Shown here one piece after another: positions 1 through 11,958 of a stretch of 64,000 nt of DNA. The DNA is taken from the NCBI GenBank assembly GCA_964234715.1, contig OZ174280.1, one strand, 5' to 3'. The notes beneath the pieces were generated by a model, which did no database searches, was not told the DNA's origin, and saw only the letters and a list, made by a program, of their open reading frames with translations. The position numbers and the translations under genes were made by a program. The stretch's first letter is position 1. Every line of letters begins with the position of its first letter. This DNA is from Podarcis melisellensis (taxonomy: Eukaryota).

Positions 1-484
1 TATTGCAAGTGCCCTTTCTGCCTATTCAAAACTGTTGTGTTTTTTTTTTTTTTGTCACATACACAATTACACATCTGCCCTTCTCCTTAATGCTGTGTGT
101 ATATCTCCTCAAACTCAAATGGGCATCTCATTCCCAACTGTCTCTTAATCATTGACTCCCATCAGCCAGCCACTCAGAGCTATTAGCTGGACATCTGCCT
201 AGCAAATGGATGGCAGCTGTAACAAAATCAGGTGCTTCTGGTAAGGCATGGGTGAATCTGTCAATTTCAGTTTCTCTAATTTCTCTAGCCTTATGTTCAG
301 TTCTCCACATTTCTTCATCAGTTTGTGGTTTATCTAATTAAATGAAAATTCACCAGTATTTTAATGATAATATACCATTTTTGGTAGGCAGTTTGGTCAA
401 ATATACACACATTTGCGAAACAATTTCCCCTATAATCATGTCTTTTTGTACGTTGTGTTCACTGGTGTTTAAAATGTGTGGTAA

Positions 485-830
485 AGGTAAAGGGACCCCT
501 GTTGTGACCGACCTTGGGGTTGCGGTGCTCATCTCGCTTTATTGGCCGAGTGAGCCGGCGTACAGCTTCTGGGTCATGTGGCCAGCATGACTAAGCTGCT
601 TCTGGCAAACCAGAGCAGTGCACAGAAATGCTGTTTACCTTCCTGCCGGAAGGTATCTTACCTTACTTATGTATCTACTTGCACTTTGACGTGCTTTCGA
701 ACTGCTATGTTGGCAGGAGCACGGACCGAGCAATGGGAGCTCACCCCATCATGGGGATTTGAACCGCCGACCTTCTGAACAGCAAGTCCTAGGCTCAGTG
801 GTTTAGACCACAGCACCACCTGTGCCCCTA
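485..830 (-). mobile_element. Sauria SINE (Squam1-type; tRNA head, Bov-B-related tail)
   Basis: Matches the Sauria SINE consensus with (ACCTTT)n tail; flanking direct repeat aaaatgtgtggtaa at 471-484 and 835-848. Confidence 0.9.
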
Positions 831-1010
831 TTAAAAAATGTGTGGTAAGGAACTGCCAAAAATGGGGTTGACAAATGCCTGGCAGAACACGATATGTGGC
901 TTTGAGGTGGGGGACAGGGTGAATAGTTTGGTGGGTCACAAGTTGTGGAGGCCTGCGCTAGAGCCCCAACTGAGCAAATGGCAGAGAAAATGTGGTCAGG
1001 GATAGCAAGC

Positions 1011-1147
1011 CAGCCTTCCCCAACCTGGTGCCCTCCAGATGTTTCATACTACAACTCCCATTAAGTTCCAGCCAGCAAAATCAAATGGTAGGGTTGGTGG
1101 TACCTGTAATCCAAAGCATCTGGAGAGCACTAGGTTGGGGAAGGTTG
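1011..1147. mobile_element. old hAT-like palindromic MITE
   Basis: Terminal inverted repeats cagccttccccaacct...aggttggggaaggttg; internal ccctccagatg/catctggag. Confidence 0.7.
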
Positions 1148-2269
1148 TAATGAGTCATCTGAAGAAACAGCCAGGTAAAGGGAGGCAGTTTCAAACTAAG
1201 TGTTCGTCTGTGCTGTTGTGCCTTGTTCTTACTATTGCAATTATCCCCGCCTTCCCTTTGACGTACATGCCCATTGCCTTATGTTTTCATTGCCCTTAAG
1301 CTAGTTTGCTTCCTGCTTAATCTAGCCTTCATGGCCTCGTGGATTGGCTTTCAGACAATGCCAGCTCCTCTTGTTCCATCCTTGAAAAACCCCACTTCTT
1401 AATGAAATAATCAATCTCACACAAGAAGATCACTAGCGAGAGCTGGAACCCGGACAAAAAGAGGCAGCAGTTAAACGGTAACGATGATTCACGCTTGGTG
1501 TTCCTGCTCAAGACATGTTTGTGGACGTCGAAATATCCCTGATGTTGGCTCGGGGAAATCCTTTGTAAAAGCACCATCAAGTACCTCTTCTAGCACATTA
1601 AAGAACTTCCATGGTCCCACACTGACCTGCGTTCTTCTGTGCTCCTGAATGGAAGTGATGCCATCAGATATAATCCCTTGCAATGGAACAAGGGTCTGAT
1701 TCATAGCCAGAGTGGAACAGTGATAAAGGATTTTCACCTGGCAGCACCTGGACCATAATGTTCCAGGAGAAGATAATCATGCCATTCAAGCAGAAAGAAG
1801 CAACAGGGAATTTGGGTTTGTGGCTGAGCTTTGGAGTGGCCTAGTCACTTGAGCAGTTGGACCAGGAGTACGGTACTCCTGGGTGTAATTTTTTTGTAGT
1901 GCAAAGAATTGGAAGTGCAGGAATTGCCTGCTTTAGCCAAAACTGCAGGCCAAAACTGCAGGAAGAATTCTTCCAGAAAGCTGATTCTGACATTTCATGG
2001 TGGGCTTCCAATTGCTCCTTTGCTGAAAACAGGGTACGTTCACAATCATGCATCAGCTGATGGGCAGGAGGAGGGGAAAGCAGTTTCCATTCGAGGGACA
2101 CTCTAATGTCAGAGGTTGAAAGGATCAGCATAGAGCAAGCTTTGCAAGCTTCCCCACACTCCCCCTTTCAACCTCCAATGTCTCTCACTTTTCTGCAGAA
2201 TCCAGGGCGCTGCTTTTCGTTTCCTCCTGTGCTATGCTGATTTACTGCAGTCCCTTGTAAGTACCCTTA

Positions 2270-2621
2270 AAGGTAAAGGGACCCCTGACCATTAGGTCCA
2301 GTCGTGGCTGACTCTGGGGTTGCGGCACTCATCTCGCTTTACTGGACGAGGGAGCCAGCATACAGCTTCCGGGTCATGTGGCCAGCATGAGTAAGCCGCT
2401 TCTGGCGAACCAGAGCAGCGCACGGAAACGCCGTTTACCTTCCCCCCGGAGTGGTACCTATTTATCTACTTGCACTTTGATGTGCTTTCGAACTGCTAGG
2501 TTGGCAGGAGCAGGGACAGAAGAACGGGAGCTCACCCCATCACAGGGATTCGAACCACCGACCTCCTGATCGGCAAGTCCTAAGCTCTGTGGTTTAACCC
2601 ACAGCGCCACCCACGTCCCTT
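2270..2621 (-). mobile_element. Sauria SINE, full length
   Basis: Consensus match; 15-bp target-site duplication (TSD) ttgtaagtaccctta at 2255-2269 and 2622-2636. Confidence 0.93.
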
Positions 2622-3790
2622 TTGTAAGTACCCTTAGATGTGAATAACAAGACCCGGCTGTTGTGGCAGTTTTGTTTGCAATCTTTTATTTCAACTAATA
2701 AGGCTGGACCTGCTTCCAAATGAAGATGCACAGGGTCGAGCTGCACGTGTTATGTTGTTGATGCTTTTAATAAATGATTTCCAAGCAATAAAAGAGTGCC
2801 ACAAAGTACCAAGAGTTGCATTTGCATGCTGAGAGTCACAGGCGTGTCAGACATCTTGCCCTTCACATGGACTTACCCAGGTTCAGAAAGGAAAGCTGTG
2901 GCAGAGAGAGGAAATGAACCTGCATTCCCCAGGACCTGAGCCAGAAGTTCATCCTTCTCCAGCCCGAAAAGAAGTCTTAGTGACCCCGTGTAAAAATAAC
3001 TCAGAAAGTGCATCCTCCCCGCCCCATATAAAAATCAACTTGCATCTCAGACAGAGGATACATTTCTTTTCCTATTAACACCAGGTTTACCATCGCTTTT
3101 GAAAGCACCAGGCCAACTGCAAAGCTGCATTGGAAACAGAACAAAGGGAAGTTTATGGGAATGAAGGGCTGATATGGAAAGCATTTCAGGGGGAGTTTGT
3201 GGCTCTCATTCTTTCCAAATCCCCTATTTCCCTTTGCCTCCCCAGCCTCAGAACCAGGCAAAGGAATCTGCATAAATAGAAATAATTAAAACAAAATGGG
3301 GGGGGGGGTTGCTCCATCATTGGGTTAAGCCACCCTGACTTTGTACCAGCTTAATTATTTTATTAATTTTAATAAAAGTTCACCAGAAATATTTACTAAG
3401 GACAAAGAAGAGACTAAACGGAATGAAAAGTTTAAGAAGCAGCCCTTGAAATAAGTAAAGCAATAAATAAATCTCTCGATGTGAAAACCAGACAGCCCAG
3501 TCTCCCGCATGGGGATGTGGCTGGATGTAGAGTTTTGAAACGCTGAGAGCTCTCAGAGGGGAATTACCAAATGAAGCCATTGCTGTAACTCCTTAGTTCT
3601 CATGCCTTAAGCATCCACCCAAACGTGTGCATGTAGCAACTATGTCCCTTCCATTCATTTTTGCTCCTCTTCCCCCTCCTTCCTCTGTGGCTTCCCCATG
3701 TTGAGTTTTATATGCCAAACTCCTTGGGGCAGGGACCAGTCCTCTTCCATTCTGTATAGTAACGTGAATACCATTGGAGATATGTGTGCC

Positions 3791-3914
3791 TGTGTGTAGG
3801 ATGGTAGCCTGTAGAAGCTTCTGTGTGTAGGATGGTAGCCAGTAGAAGCTTCTGTGTGTAGGATGGTAGCCTGTAGAAGCTTCTGTGTGTAGGATGGTAG
3901 CCAGTAGAAGCTTC
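3791..3914. repeat. 31-bp minisatellite x4
   Basis: Unit tgtgtgtaggatggtagccWgtagaagcttc, four tandem copies. Confidence 0.95.
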
Positions 3915-4016
3915 TGCCTTCCCATCATTGGTGGGTGTATTTTAACTGGATTTTGAATAAATGTACAATTAATCTTCACTGTTCTGAATTTTATTGTGTT
4001 GCTATATTCCTTAGTG

Positions 4017-4249
4017 CAGGGGTCAGCAACCTGCAGCCCACGAGGGTCATTTAAATGGCCCACAAGCTGCCCCCGAACCGAGCTGACAGCTTGGTGAGTC
4101 CCCACGCACTGCGCTAAACCAGCGCAGTGCAGAGCAGGGACTCACTTCCATGGCGCTGGGAATCACGTCTGTGCACACACAATCCAGCTCACGGAGCGAT
4201 CTCTGTGGGAGTGAACTGGCCCAGGTGAGGTAAACCTTGCCGACCCCTT
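4017..4249. mobile_element. hAT-superfamily non-autonomous element (MITE)
   Basis: TIRs caggggtcagcaa...ttgccgacccct; perfect 8-bp TSD ccttagtg (4009-4016, 4250-4257). Confidence 0.85.
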
Positions 4250-4377
4250 CCTTAGTGGGTCATGCAAACCACCATTCTGAATAATGCTTTATATTGGGTA
4301 GGGGGCCTTAGGGATGGATTTATGGAACCGGGGGGGGGGGGAGCTGGCCCAAAAAGGTTTGGGAACCACTGATGTAG

Positions 4378-4696
4378 GCAAAGGTAAAGGACCCCTAGAT
4401 GGTTACGTCCAATCAAATTTGGCTATGGGGTGTGGCTCTCATCTCTTCTTTCAGGCCGAGGGAGCCTGTCTGCAGACAGTTTTCTGGGTCATAGCGCACA
4501 GAAACACCGTTTACCTTCCCACCCCAGTGGTACCTATTTATCTACTCACACTGGTATGCTTTTGATCTGCTAGGTTGGCAGAAGTTGGGACAAAGCAACG
4601 GGAGCTCACCCCATCACACAGATTAGAACAGCCGACATTATGATCGGCAAGCGCAAGAGGCTCGGTGGTTTAGACCACAGCGCCACCCACATCCCC
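4378..4696 (-). mobile_element. Sauria SINE (second subfamily, internally deleted)
   Basis: aaaggtaaaggacccct tail through cacagcgccaccc head; imperfect TSD ccaYtgatgtag. Confidence 0.85.
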
Positions 4697-6380
4697 ACCA
4701 TTGATGTAGACAATACTGAGCTTGATAAGTCAATGCTTTCACTGTCAGTTTCCTATGTCAGTTTCCTATGTCCTGATCAATTAGAAGCCTCATGCCCCTA
4801 GGTGTCCTGTTCCTATGACTGAATCCTGCACCACAGTGCCAAATTTGCTAGAGATGTCTGAGGAAGCACTTGCCCCACCAACACATCTGATTAAGTTGCG
4901 CACCTGCAGCAGGCAGGCACATTTGAGGGAGGCTAGCTGGCAAGATATGATCTAGCAGCACAGGAAACAGTGCTTTTAAAAACACTCAAGTCGGAGGGTA
5001 TCTCCGGAGAAATCATGCTCGACAGCAGGGCCCCATGAATTGTGCATAAAAGGCTTTGTCACTTGCAACAGGAAAGGCCAACTCCATTAGCAGAATATAT
5101 CACATCAATCTGGGAGCGTAGGAAGTTGCCAGGCTTGCCTGCCACAGATGAATATAGAGGATTTGGTACTGAAGTCAGATCTCTTCCTCCTGGCCAGGGA
5201 TAAGCAGACATATACATAACATGCCATTGTGGGTTACACTGATCTGGTGATATGGCACCAGTACTGAAATGGACTCCAAGGAGGAGCCCTGCATAGATTG
5301 CCTGAAAGATCACCTACCTGAAAGATTGCCTTCCCTTGCATAGACCTGCAAGGTGCTGTGCCTTACAGAATTTCATGTAGGCTCTATGTAGCCTATGGTT
5401 TAAAGGTAAGAATAATATCCATCACTTCACCCTCTTTTGCCCAGTGACATGCAGCCCCCAGTAAGTTGCCCTGGGCTTAAAAAGGTGCCTCCCCCACCCC
5501 TGCCCCATGTTGCATATACTGTGGTGTGTGAGAAGCAATGGAGGAAGTTATGCATTTTGGACCCTTTGGACAACAGTCCAACATTTGCCAACTTTTAAAT
5601 TGCAACAGAAGCGCCAGCTGCTTTTCACCTTGTGGAGATGCCCTTGTGGAAATTTATATCCATATCTGGTTTTCACTAGAGGCTCATCATCTTTCAGTCT
5701 CTGCAATTTTGAAATAAACACAATCTACAGCGGGAGGTGGGGGGACAGAAGCAGGGCAATTCCATCCCTCTCCCGAGAGACCAGTTGCCTCACGCCCTTG
5801 CTCAGCTCTGACCTAGCAGCAACCCTTTCTTCACATTACCTGAACTGTTCCCATCCCAGCTGGTCATGATGGGAACTATAACCTTTAAGAAGTGGTGCCT
5901 GAGCTTCCTTTTCCTTCCTCCCCATCTCCCACTTTCCTTCTTTCAGACTGGAATCCCGAGGTTAGAGGAAAATCTCACTACTGATTTTTGTAAACTGCTA
6001 TGGGAGCCTTTTTTTGGTTTATAAACGAATGAGTGAATGAACAAAAGACTAACCAATCAGTCCAAGAGCTTTTGCTGGTGTGGTGATTCTTTGTTTCCTC
6101 TGTGAATCATCACATGGGAGCAATGACATTTAACTAAAGCCGTTTTATGGCTTTAGGTAGCAACCGAACACTCAGCCTAACAACATGAGGGGCGTTTCTC
6201 AAAGCAATCCAATGATGTTATTTGAAGGACTAATTGCACAGCAGTAAACCTAGGTTTGCTACTATGCTACAACAGGGAGTTGTAACCAATCCTGGCTCAA
6301 GAATAGTGCACCAGAGTGACACTCATGTTTGTTGTTGCAGGCAGGCATTATTTTGGGGGTTATGCGTCACCCTGAAATAT

Positions 6381-6531
6381 NNNNNNNNNNNNNNNNNNNN
6401 NNNNNNNNNNNNNNNNNNNNNNNNNNNNNNNNNNNNNNNNNNNNNNNNNNNNNNNNNNNNNNNNNNNNNNNNNNNNNNNNNNNNNNNNNNNNNNNNNNNN
6501 NNNNNNNNNNNNNNNNNNNNNNNNNNNNNNN
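6381..6531. other. assembly gap (151 N)
   Basis: Run of n, located where the (AAT)n tail of the adjacent L2 is expected. Confidence 1.
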
Positions 6532-6851
6532 CCCATCTGGCTGGGCTTCCCCAGCCACTCTGGGCGGCTTCCAAAAAATAATAATGTTAAAATACTCTAA
6601 TACATCAAACATTAAAAGCTTCCCTAAACAGGGCTGCCTTCAGATGTCTTCTAAAAGTCTGGTAGTTGTTGTTCTCTTTGACATCTGGTGGGAGGGCGTT
6701 CCACAGGGAGGGCGCCACTACCGAGAAGGCCCTCTGCCTGGTTCCCTGTAACCTCACTTCTCGCAGCGAGGGAACCGCCAGAAGGCACTCAGAGCTGGAC
6801 CTCAGTGTCCAGGTAGAACGATGGGGGTGGAGACGCTCCTTCAGGTATACA
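6532..6851 (-). mobile_element. L2-clade LINE, 5'-truncated 3' end
   Basis: Reverse-complement homologue of the L2 copy at 62189-62586. Confidence 0.85.
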
Positions 6852-6894
6852 CCTTTAGTGATCTTTCATCCAAAGAACTAAAGGTGAAGATGGT

Positions 6895-7277
6895 TCTTAT
6901 CTCCACAACATCCCTTGAAGTAGGTTAGGCTGAGAGAAGAAGAAAAAGAGGAGTTTGGATTTGATATCCGAAGGAGTCTCAAAGCGGCTAACATTCTCCT
7001 TCCTCCCCCACAACAAACACTCTGTGAGGTGAGTGGGGCTGAGAGACTTCAGAGAAGTGTGACTAGCCCAAGGTCACCCAGCAGCTGCATGTGGAGGAGC
7101 GGGGAATCGAACCCAGTTCACCAGATTACGAGTCCACCGCTTTTAACCACTACACCACACTGGCTCTTGAGAGGTAACGACCGGCTCAAGGTCACCCACA
7201 ATGAATTTCCTAGCTGAGTGAGAATTTGAACCTGGTTCCTCCTTGTTCACCACTCTAATCACAACAACATATTGACA
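6895..7277 (-). mobile_element. older MIR/Ther1-like CORE-SINE interrupted by a Squam3-type SINE
   Basis: ctccacaacatccc..gtaggttaggctgagag | resumes with ggctcaaggtcaccca...gaatttgaacctgg after the insertion. Confidence 0.6.
6937..7166 (-). mobile_element. Squam3-type CORE-SINE
   Basis: tRNA-like head (gagccagtgtggtgtagtggttaa on - strand), CORE region, (CTT)n tail; TSD tgagag at 6931-6936 and 7168-7173. Confidence 0.8.
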
Positions 7278-7635
7278 CTTTCCCAAGTTTTAAGTCTGGA
7301 CCCTTTAAGTAATTCGTGAGGGAAGTGTTCACATATACTGGTATACACTGGTGTTTTCCCAGCTGGCTTTCCCAGTTGAACAAATGATCTTTACTACGAG
7401 TAGGGTTTTAGTCTTGTTTTAAATGTATTTGTTTTTAATTGTTTTTATTATCTCATGTGTAAATCGCCTTGAGCTGCTGGTTTAGAAGATGAGCTATAAA
7501 AAAATTGTAATTAATAATATGTATGAGGACAGCAGAGCTTCTCATCTTTGTTAGTAACAGAACAGATCAAAATGACTTGAGATTCATATTGGGTATAAGT
7601 CTGTGATCTCACATGTCTGATAGTGGAAAGTAGTA

Positions 7636-7881
7636 CAGTGGTACCTCGGGTTACATACGCTTCAGGTTACATACGCTTCAGGTTACAGACTCCACTAACC
7701 CAGAAATAGTGCTTCAGGTTAAGAACTTTGCTTCAGGATGAGAAAAGAAATTGTGCTCCGGCGGCGCGGCAGCAGCAGCAGGAGGCCCCATTAGCTAAAG
7801 TGGTGCTTCAGGTTAAGAACAGTTTCAGGGTTAAGTACGGACCTCTAGAACAAATTAAATACTTAACCCGAGGTACCACTG
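7636..7881 (+). mobile_element. Tc1/mariner (pogo/Tigger-like) MITE, copy A
   Basis: TA|cagtggtacctcgggtta...taacccgaggtaccactg|TA; internal gcttcaggtta subrepeats. Confidence 0.9.
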
Positions 7882-7890
7882 TATATTGTA

Positions 7891-8247
7891 GGTAAAAGGT
7901 AAAGGACCCCTGGATGGTTAAGTCCAGTCAAAGGCGACAATGGGGTTGTGGCACTCATCTTGCTTTCAGGCCACAGACAACTTTCTGGGTCATGTGGCCA
8001 GCATGACTAAACCACTTCTGGCACAATGGGACACTGTGATGGAAGCCAGAGCGCACGGAAACACTGTTTACCTTTCCGCCACAGTGGTACCCATTTATAT
8101 AGTTGCACTGGTGTGCTTTCGAACTGCTAGGTTGGCAGGAGCTGGGGAGAGCAACGGGAGATCACTCCGTCATGGGGGTTTGAACCGCCAACCGTCTGAT
8201 CGGCAAGCCCAAGAGGCTCAGTGTTTTAGACCACAGCACCACGTCCT
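7891..8247 (-). mobile_element. Sauria SINE (second subfamily)
   Basis: ggtaaaaggtaaaggacccctggatgg...ccacagcacc. Confidence 0.88.
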
Positions 8248-8598
8248 GCAGTACCTCAAACATGAACGTTGGTGATGCTGCACCTGAAGGGAAATGGTTA
8301 CTACAGCATTTTTATTTGCACTGGCATGAACACATCATTTCAGTGAGGGAAAATCCCCCAGAACTGAGCTCTAAGCAAAGCCTCTGACCTCAGAGGCAAA
8401 GCTGTTTACAACTGCATGTTTCTAGATATAAAGTTTTGGGGTACAATCATGGTGTCAAATCATGTGAAGCTTGGAAACAGCTTGCATTTCTTCTTTACAT
8501 GTCTCCAGCCATAGCTGGCCTGAAATTCTTTTCTGCAAACTACCACAGAAAAGAATGGGAAGAGAAAGGCTGCGGCCCACTCCCTCCAACATCACCTA

Positions 8599-8840
8599 CT
8601 GTGGTACCTCAGGTTAAGTCCTTAATTCGTTCCAGAAGTCCGTTCTTAACCTGAAACTGTTCTTAACCTGAAACACCACTTTAGCTAATGGGGCCTCCTG
8701 CTGCCGCTGCGCCGCCAGAGCACGATTTCTGTTCTGATCCTGAAGAAAAGTTCTTAACCCAAGGTACTATTTCTGAGTTAGCGGAGTCTGTAACCTGAAG
8801 CGTATGTAACCTGAAGCATATGTAACTCAAGGTACCACTG
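8599..8840 (-). mobile_element. Tc1/mariner MITE, copy B (inverted relative to copy A)
   Basis: TA|ctgtggtacctcaggtta...ggtaccactg|TA; reverse complement aligns end to end with 7636-7881. Confidence 0.9.
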
Positions 8841-10584
8841 TATTACTGTATTTCAATTTTTAAAAATATAATTCCTTCAAATCCTTGTTTCTCAACACAT
8901 TGCTTAAAAGCTGCCACGAGAGGGCTATGGAGGGACAGCACTACCTCTCTCCAGGCAGGCAGGGCTCATCTTATTTCCTTATGAGAAAGAGGTGTGATAG
9001 TAGGTGTTCAAACTGAGAAACACATCAATCACCATGCTTTTTGGAGTCCACATTCATGCAACGCCTTTATCAGGACCAACCAAAACAGCACAAAGTAGCT
9101 AGCAAGCAAGCACCTCAGTTTCCCAGAACTTTTAATCAGGCTGGATGTTAAGCAAAGCAGGAGTTGGGGTGAAGGGAAGGGCCCTACATTGAAGCCACAA
9201 AGTTTCCATTTAGTCACAGGCCTCATTTGCTTGTAGGAGGTAGCAGATTTGACTAGACCGGGTGCTATGTAGGTTTCAGGTTACACCTAAAGCTATCTGG
9301 GACAAATACACCTAAAATGGTTAATACACTTAAAAAAAAAAAAATGAACCACCAGCACCAACTAGGATCTGTCTCTTTGTTGCTGTCTAGTCGTTTAGTT
9401 GTGTCCAACTCACATAGGTTCCTCATTAGGTAAAGAAGTGTAACATGGCAGGTTTTTTTATATTAGCAAAACTGAAGATTAATTTTAGGTGCCATGCTAT
9501 AGATTTTTTTAAAGCCAAGAACCCAGCTTGGGACCTTCCTTGTGTGAATACGCCTGTCTTGATGTGCAACAGTGCGCAGAAACTAGCTGACTCTACAAAG
9601 GTACAAATTCACATTTGTTGTTCCACCCACTTTGCTTCTGGCTCTGCCCAGCACTGGCATGCGGTCCCTAGAAGATTGCTTAGCAAAGACTGTGGCCCTT
9701 TGAAAAGTGCTAGGGAACAGCCAGACAGTTAATTCTTCACCCACATCCACCGCTATAGCCAAGTCCTGCAATAACTCTGAAAAACAGGCTCCATGTGCAA
9801 GTAACTGTTGCCATATACAGACCAACCCAGTGTGCCCACATAATGGATCCTCCCTGGCATTGATGAATCACGTAGGACTGGTCTCTGCAGTGCATTGCCC
9901 CTATTGCAGTGCTGCTGCGGTGTGAAGAACATAAAAGCTCCAGTCTTTTGCTCCCAGTGGCTGAGCAGGTGCCCCATAGGGAGCCCCAAAGAAAGATGGG
10001 TGCATGGCTGCCCTCTCCCATTCTTGTTCCCAAGCAAGTGGTATTCAGAGGCATACCACCTCTTGACACTACACCAGTTGTAAGCATTAGCTTTGCTTTT
10101 GTTCCCTTTTTATAAAATACAAGAATCAAAAGATATTTATTATCACAATCTCCCTGCTTACCCTTTTCTGGGTTGGTTCACACATGTGCACATCCTGCAA
10201 TCACAGCTGATGCGCCTGCAGTTCATCACTCAATGCTGCAGTCACTGAATGAACTCGCCTCCACAATTATCTGCTGTCACTCGACCCAAGTTGTTCAGAG
10301 GAAGGCTAGAGTTGGTATTTCTCCCACTATGCAAGTGGTCAGGGTTTTGTGCAAGCTTGCTCCTTAGGGTTTTCAAAATGAGTCATGTGCAACCAGGAAG
10401 TAGGATGTTAAGATAGGCTAGAGAACCAACTTGATGCAGTAGTTAAAAGAGAGTTGGAACATCTGTAGCATCCCAGATTTTGTTGGGACCACATTCCCAT
10501 CATCTGTGACCATTGGCCTTGCAGGCTGGGGCTGATGGGAGTTGGAGTCCAACGGCTGGAGGGAAAGAGGTTCCTCATCTCTGG

Positions 10585-10750
10585 GCTAGAGTGCCAAACT
10601 AGGACTGGCCATGGAACTCACTAGAGGACCTCAGGCCAGTCATCATCTCTCAACTTAACCTCCCTCACAGGGTTATTGTGAGGATAAAATGGGGACTGAG
10701 GACTATGCATACACAATGCACTCCTCAGAGGAAGGGCAAAAGTAAAATGT
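10585..10750 (+). mobile_element. MIR/Ther1-like CORE-SINE fragment
   Basis: ggccagtca..tctctcaacttaacctccctcacagggttattgtgaggataaaatgg, CORE-like motif. Confidence 0.6.
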
Positions 10751-11837
10751 ATTAGGTACCATCAAGCAGCTTAGAACATGAACATTGTGCTTGGGGAGAC
10801 ACTTCCATCGGTATTAGATGGTGGGAATGGGGAGAATAAAAATGGTTGTGACATCTACATGACTTCTGGCACATTGCTCTGCTGCTCTAAACGTTTTTAT
10901 GAAATAACTTCCATTTCCACCCACCATCTCCAGTGACGGAAACTGTAGGACACAGCTATTGACCAGATGGATTCTAATCACAAGCATCTCTTTAGGTCCT
11001 TCTCCGGAAAGACTCAAAGCCACTCCTGCACTCTTTTCACATCCTCACACCCCTTCCTGGAGACACACAGGGAGTCAGATAGCCTACAATGCCTTTTCTT
11101 CTTTTGTATTATTTACAGAGCATTATAAATAGAACTTTTTGTCCTCCCACATAGTTCTGGCATTGTCCAATGAAGTGCTTCTGGCATATTCTGGTCAGCA
11201 TATCAGAGGTCAAATATTTAAGCATTTTCTTACATTTATAGAACACCTTTCTTCCATTGTGAAACCCAATACTTGCAGTCCAGGAAGTCTGCCTCCCAGC
11301 CAGGCATTGACCAGCCTGACCTGCTCAGCTCCAGCAAGGTGGTAGCATCACGCCATCTACAAACCACACCCTGGGACCATATTATCTCCTTGCTACAGGA
11401 GAATTTTGGAATGCTTAGCTATTTGACTCCATCAAACTGTTTTATGAATAATCAACTGTGTGCGAACAAAAAAATTATGAAGGTGCAGATACATGATGCC
11501 AACTAGAAGCTCCATGAATGTCTGGAGCTCCCATTGTTGGTTACATCAGATGGAATTTCGTGAGCAAATGATCTTCCTGACAGTGTGAACCCAGTACTGC
11601 ACTGGTACATAGTCTATTTGTTTTGCCAATTTGGAATATTCACTGTACAAATTCAGGCATTTATCTTCTTTAGGTCTTGAACAGTCATTTTATATCCAGC
11701 CAATGTTCTCAGGCATATAGGGAGAGCTTTTCAAAGGTGAAGAAACACAGGAAAGCAAAGCATGTATGAAAACACTGTTGATGGAGGAGCCATCTGTATC
11801 ACACACCCCTCAATCTTATTGCGTACAGCTGAAGCAT

Positions 11838-11958
11838 CAGCCTTTGCCAACATGGTGCCCTCCAAATATTCTGGATTCTCAGCAGGCTGACCAAACAGAT
11901 ACTGGTTGGGAATTGTGGCCCAAAAGAAACCTGAAGGACACTACATTGGTGAAGACTG
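11838..11958. mobile_element. old hAT-like MITE (same family as 1011-1147)
   Basis: cagcctttgccaacatggtgccctcca...ttggtgaagactg. Confidence 0.55.

Noticed and set aside
3791-3914. CRISPR-like appearance of the 31-bp repeats
   Set aside because: Units are directly tandem with no spacers, and the context is vertebrate.
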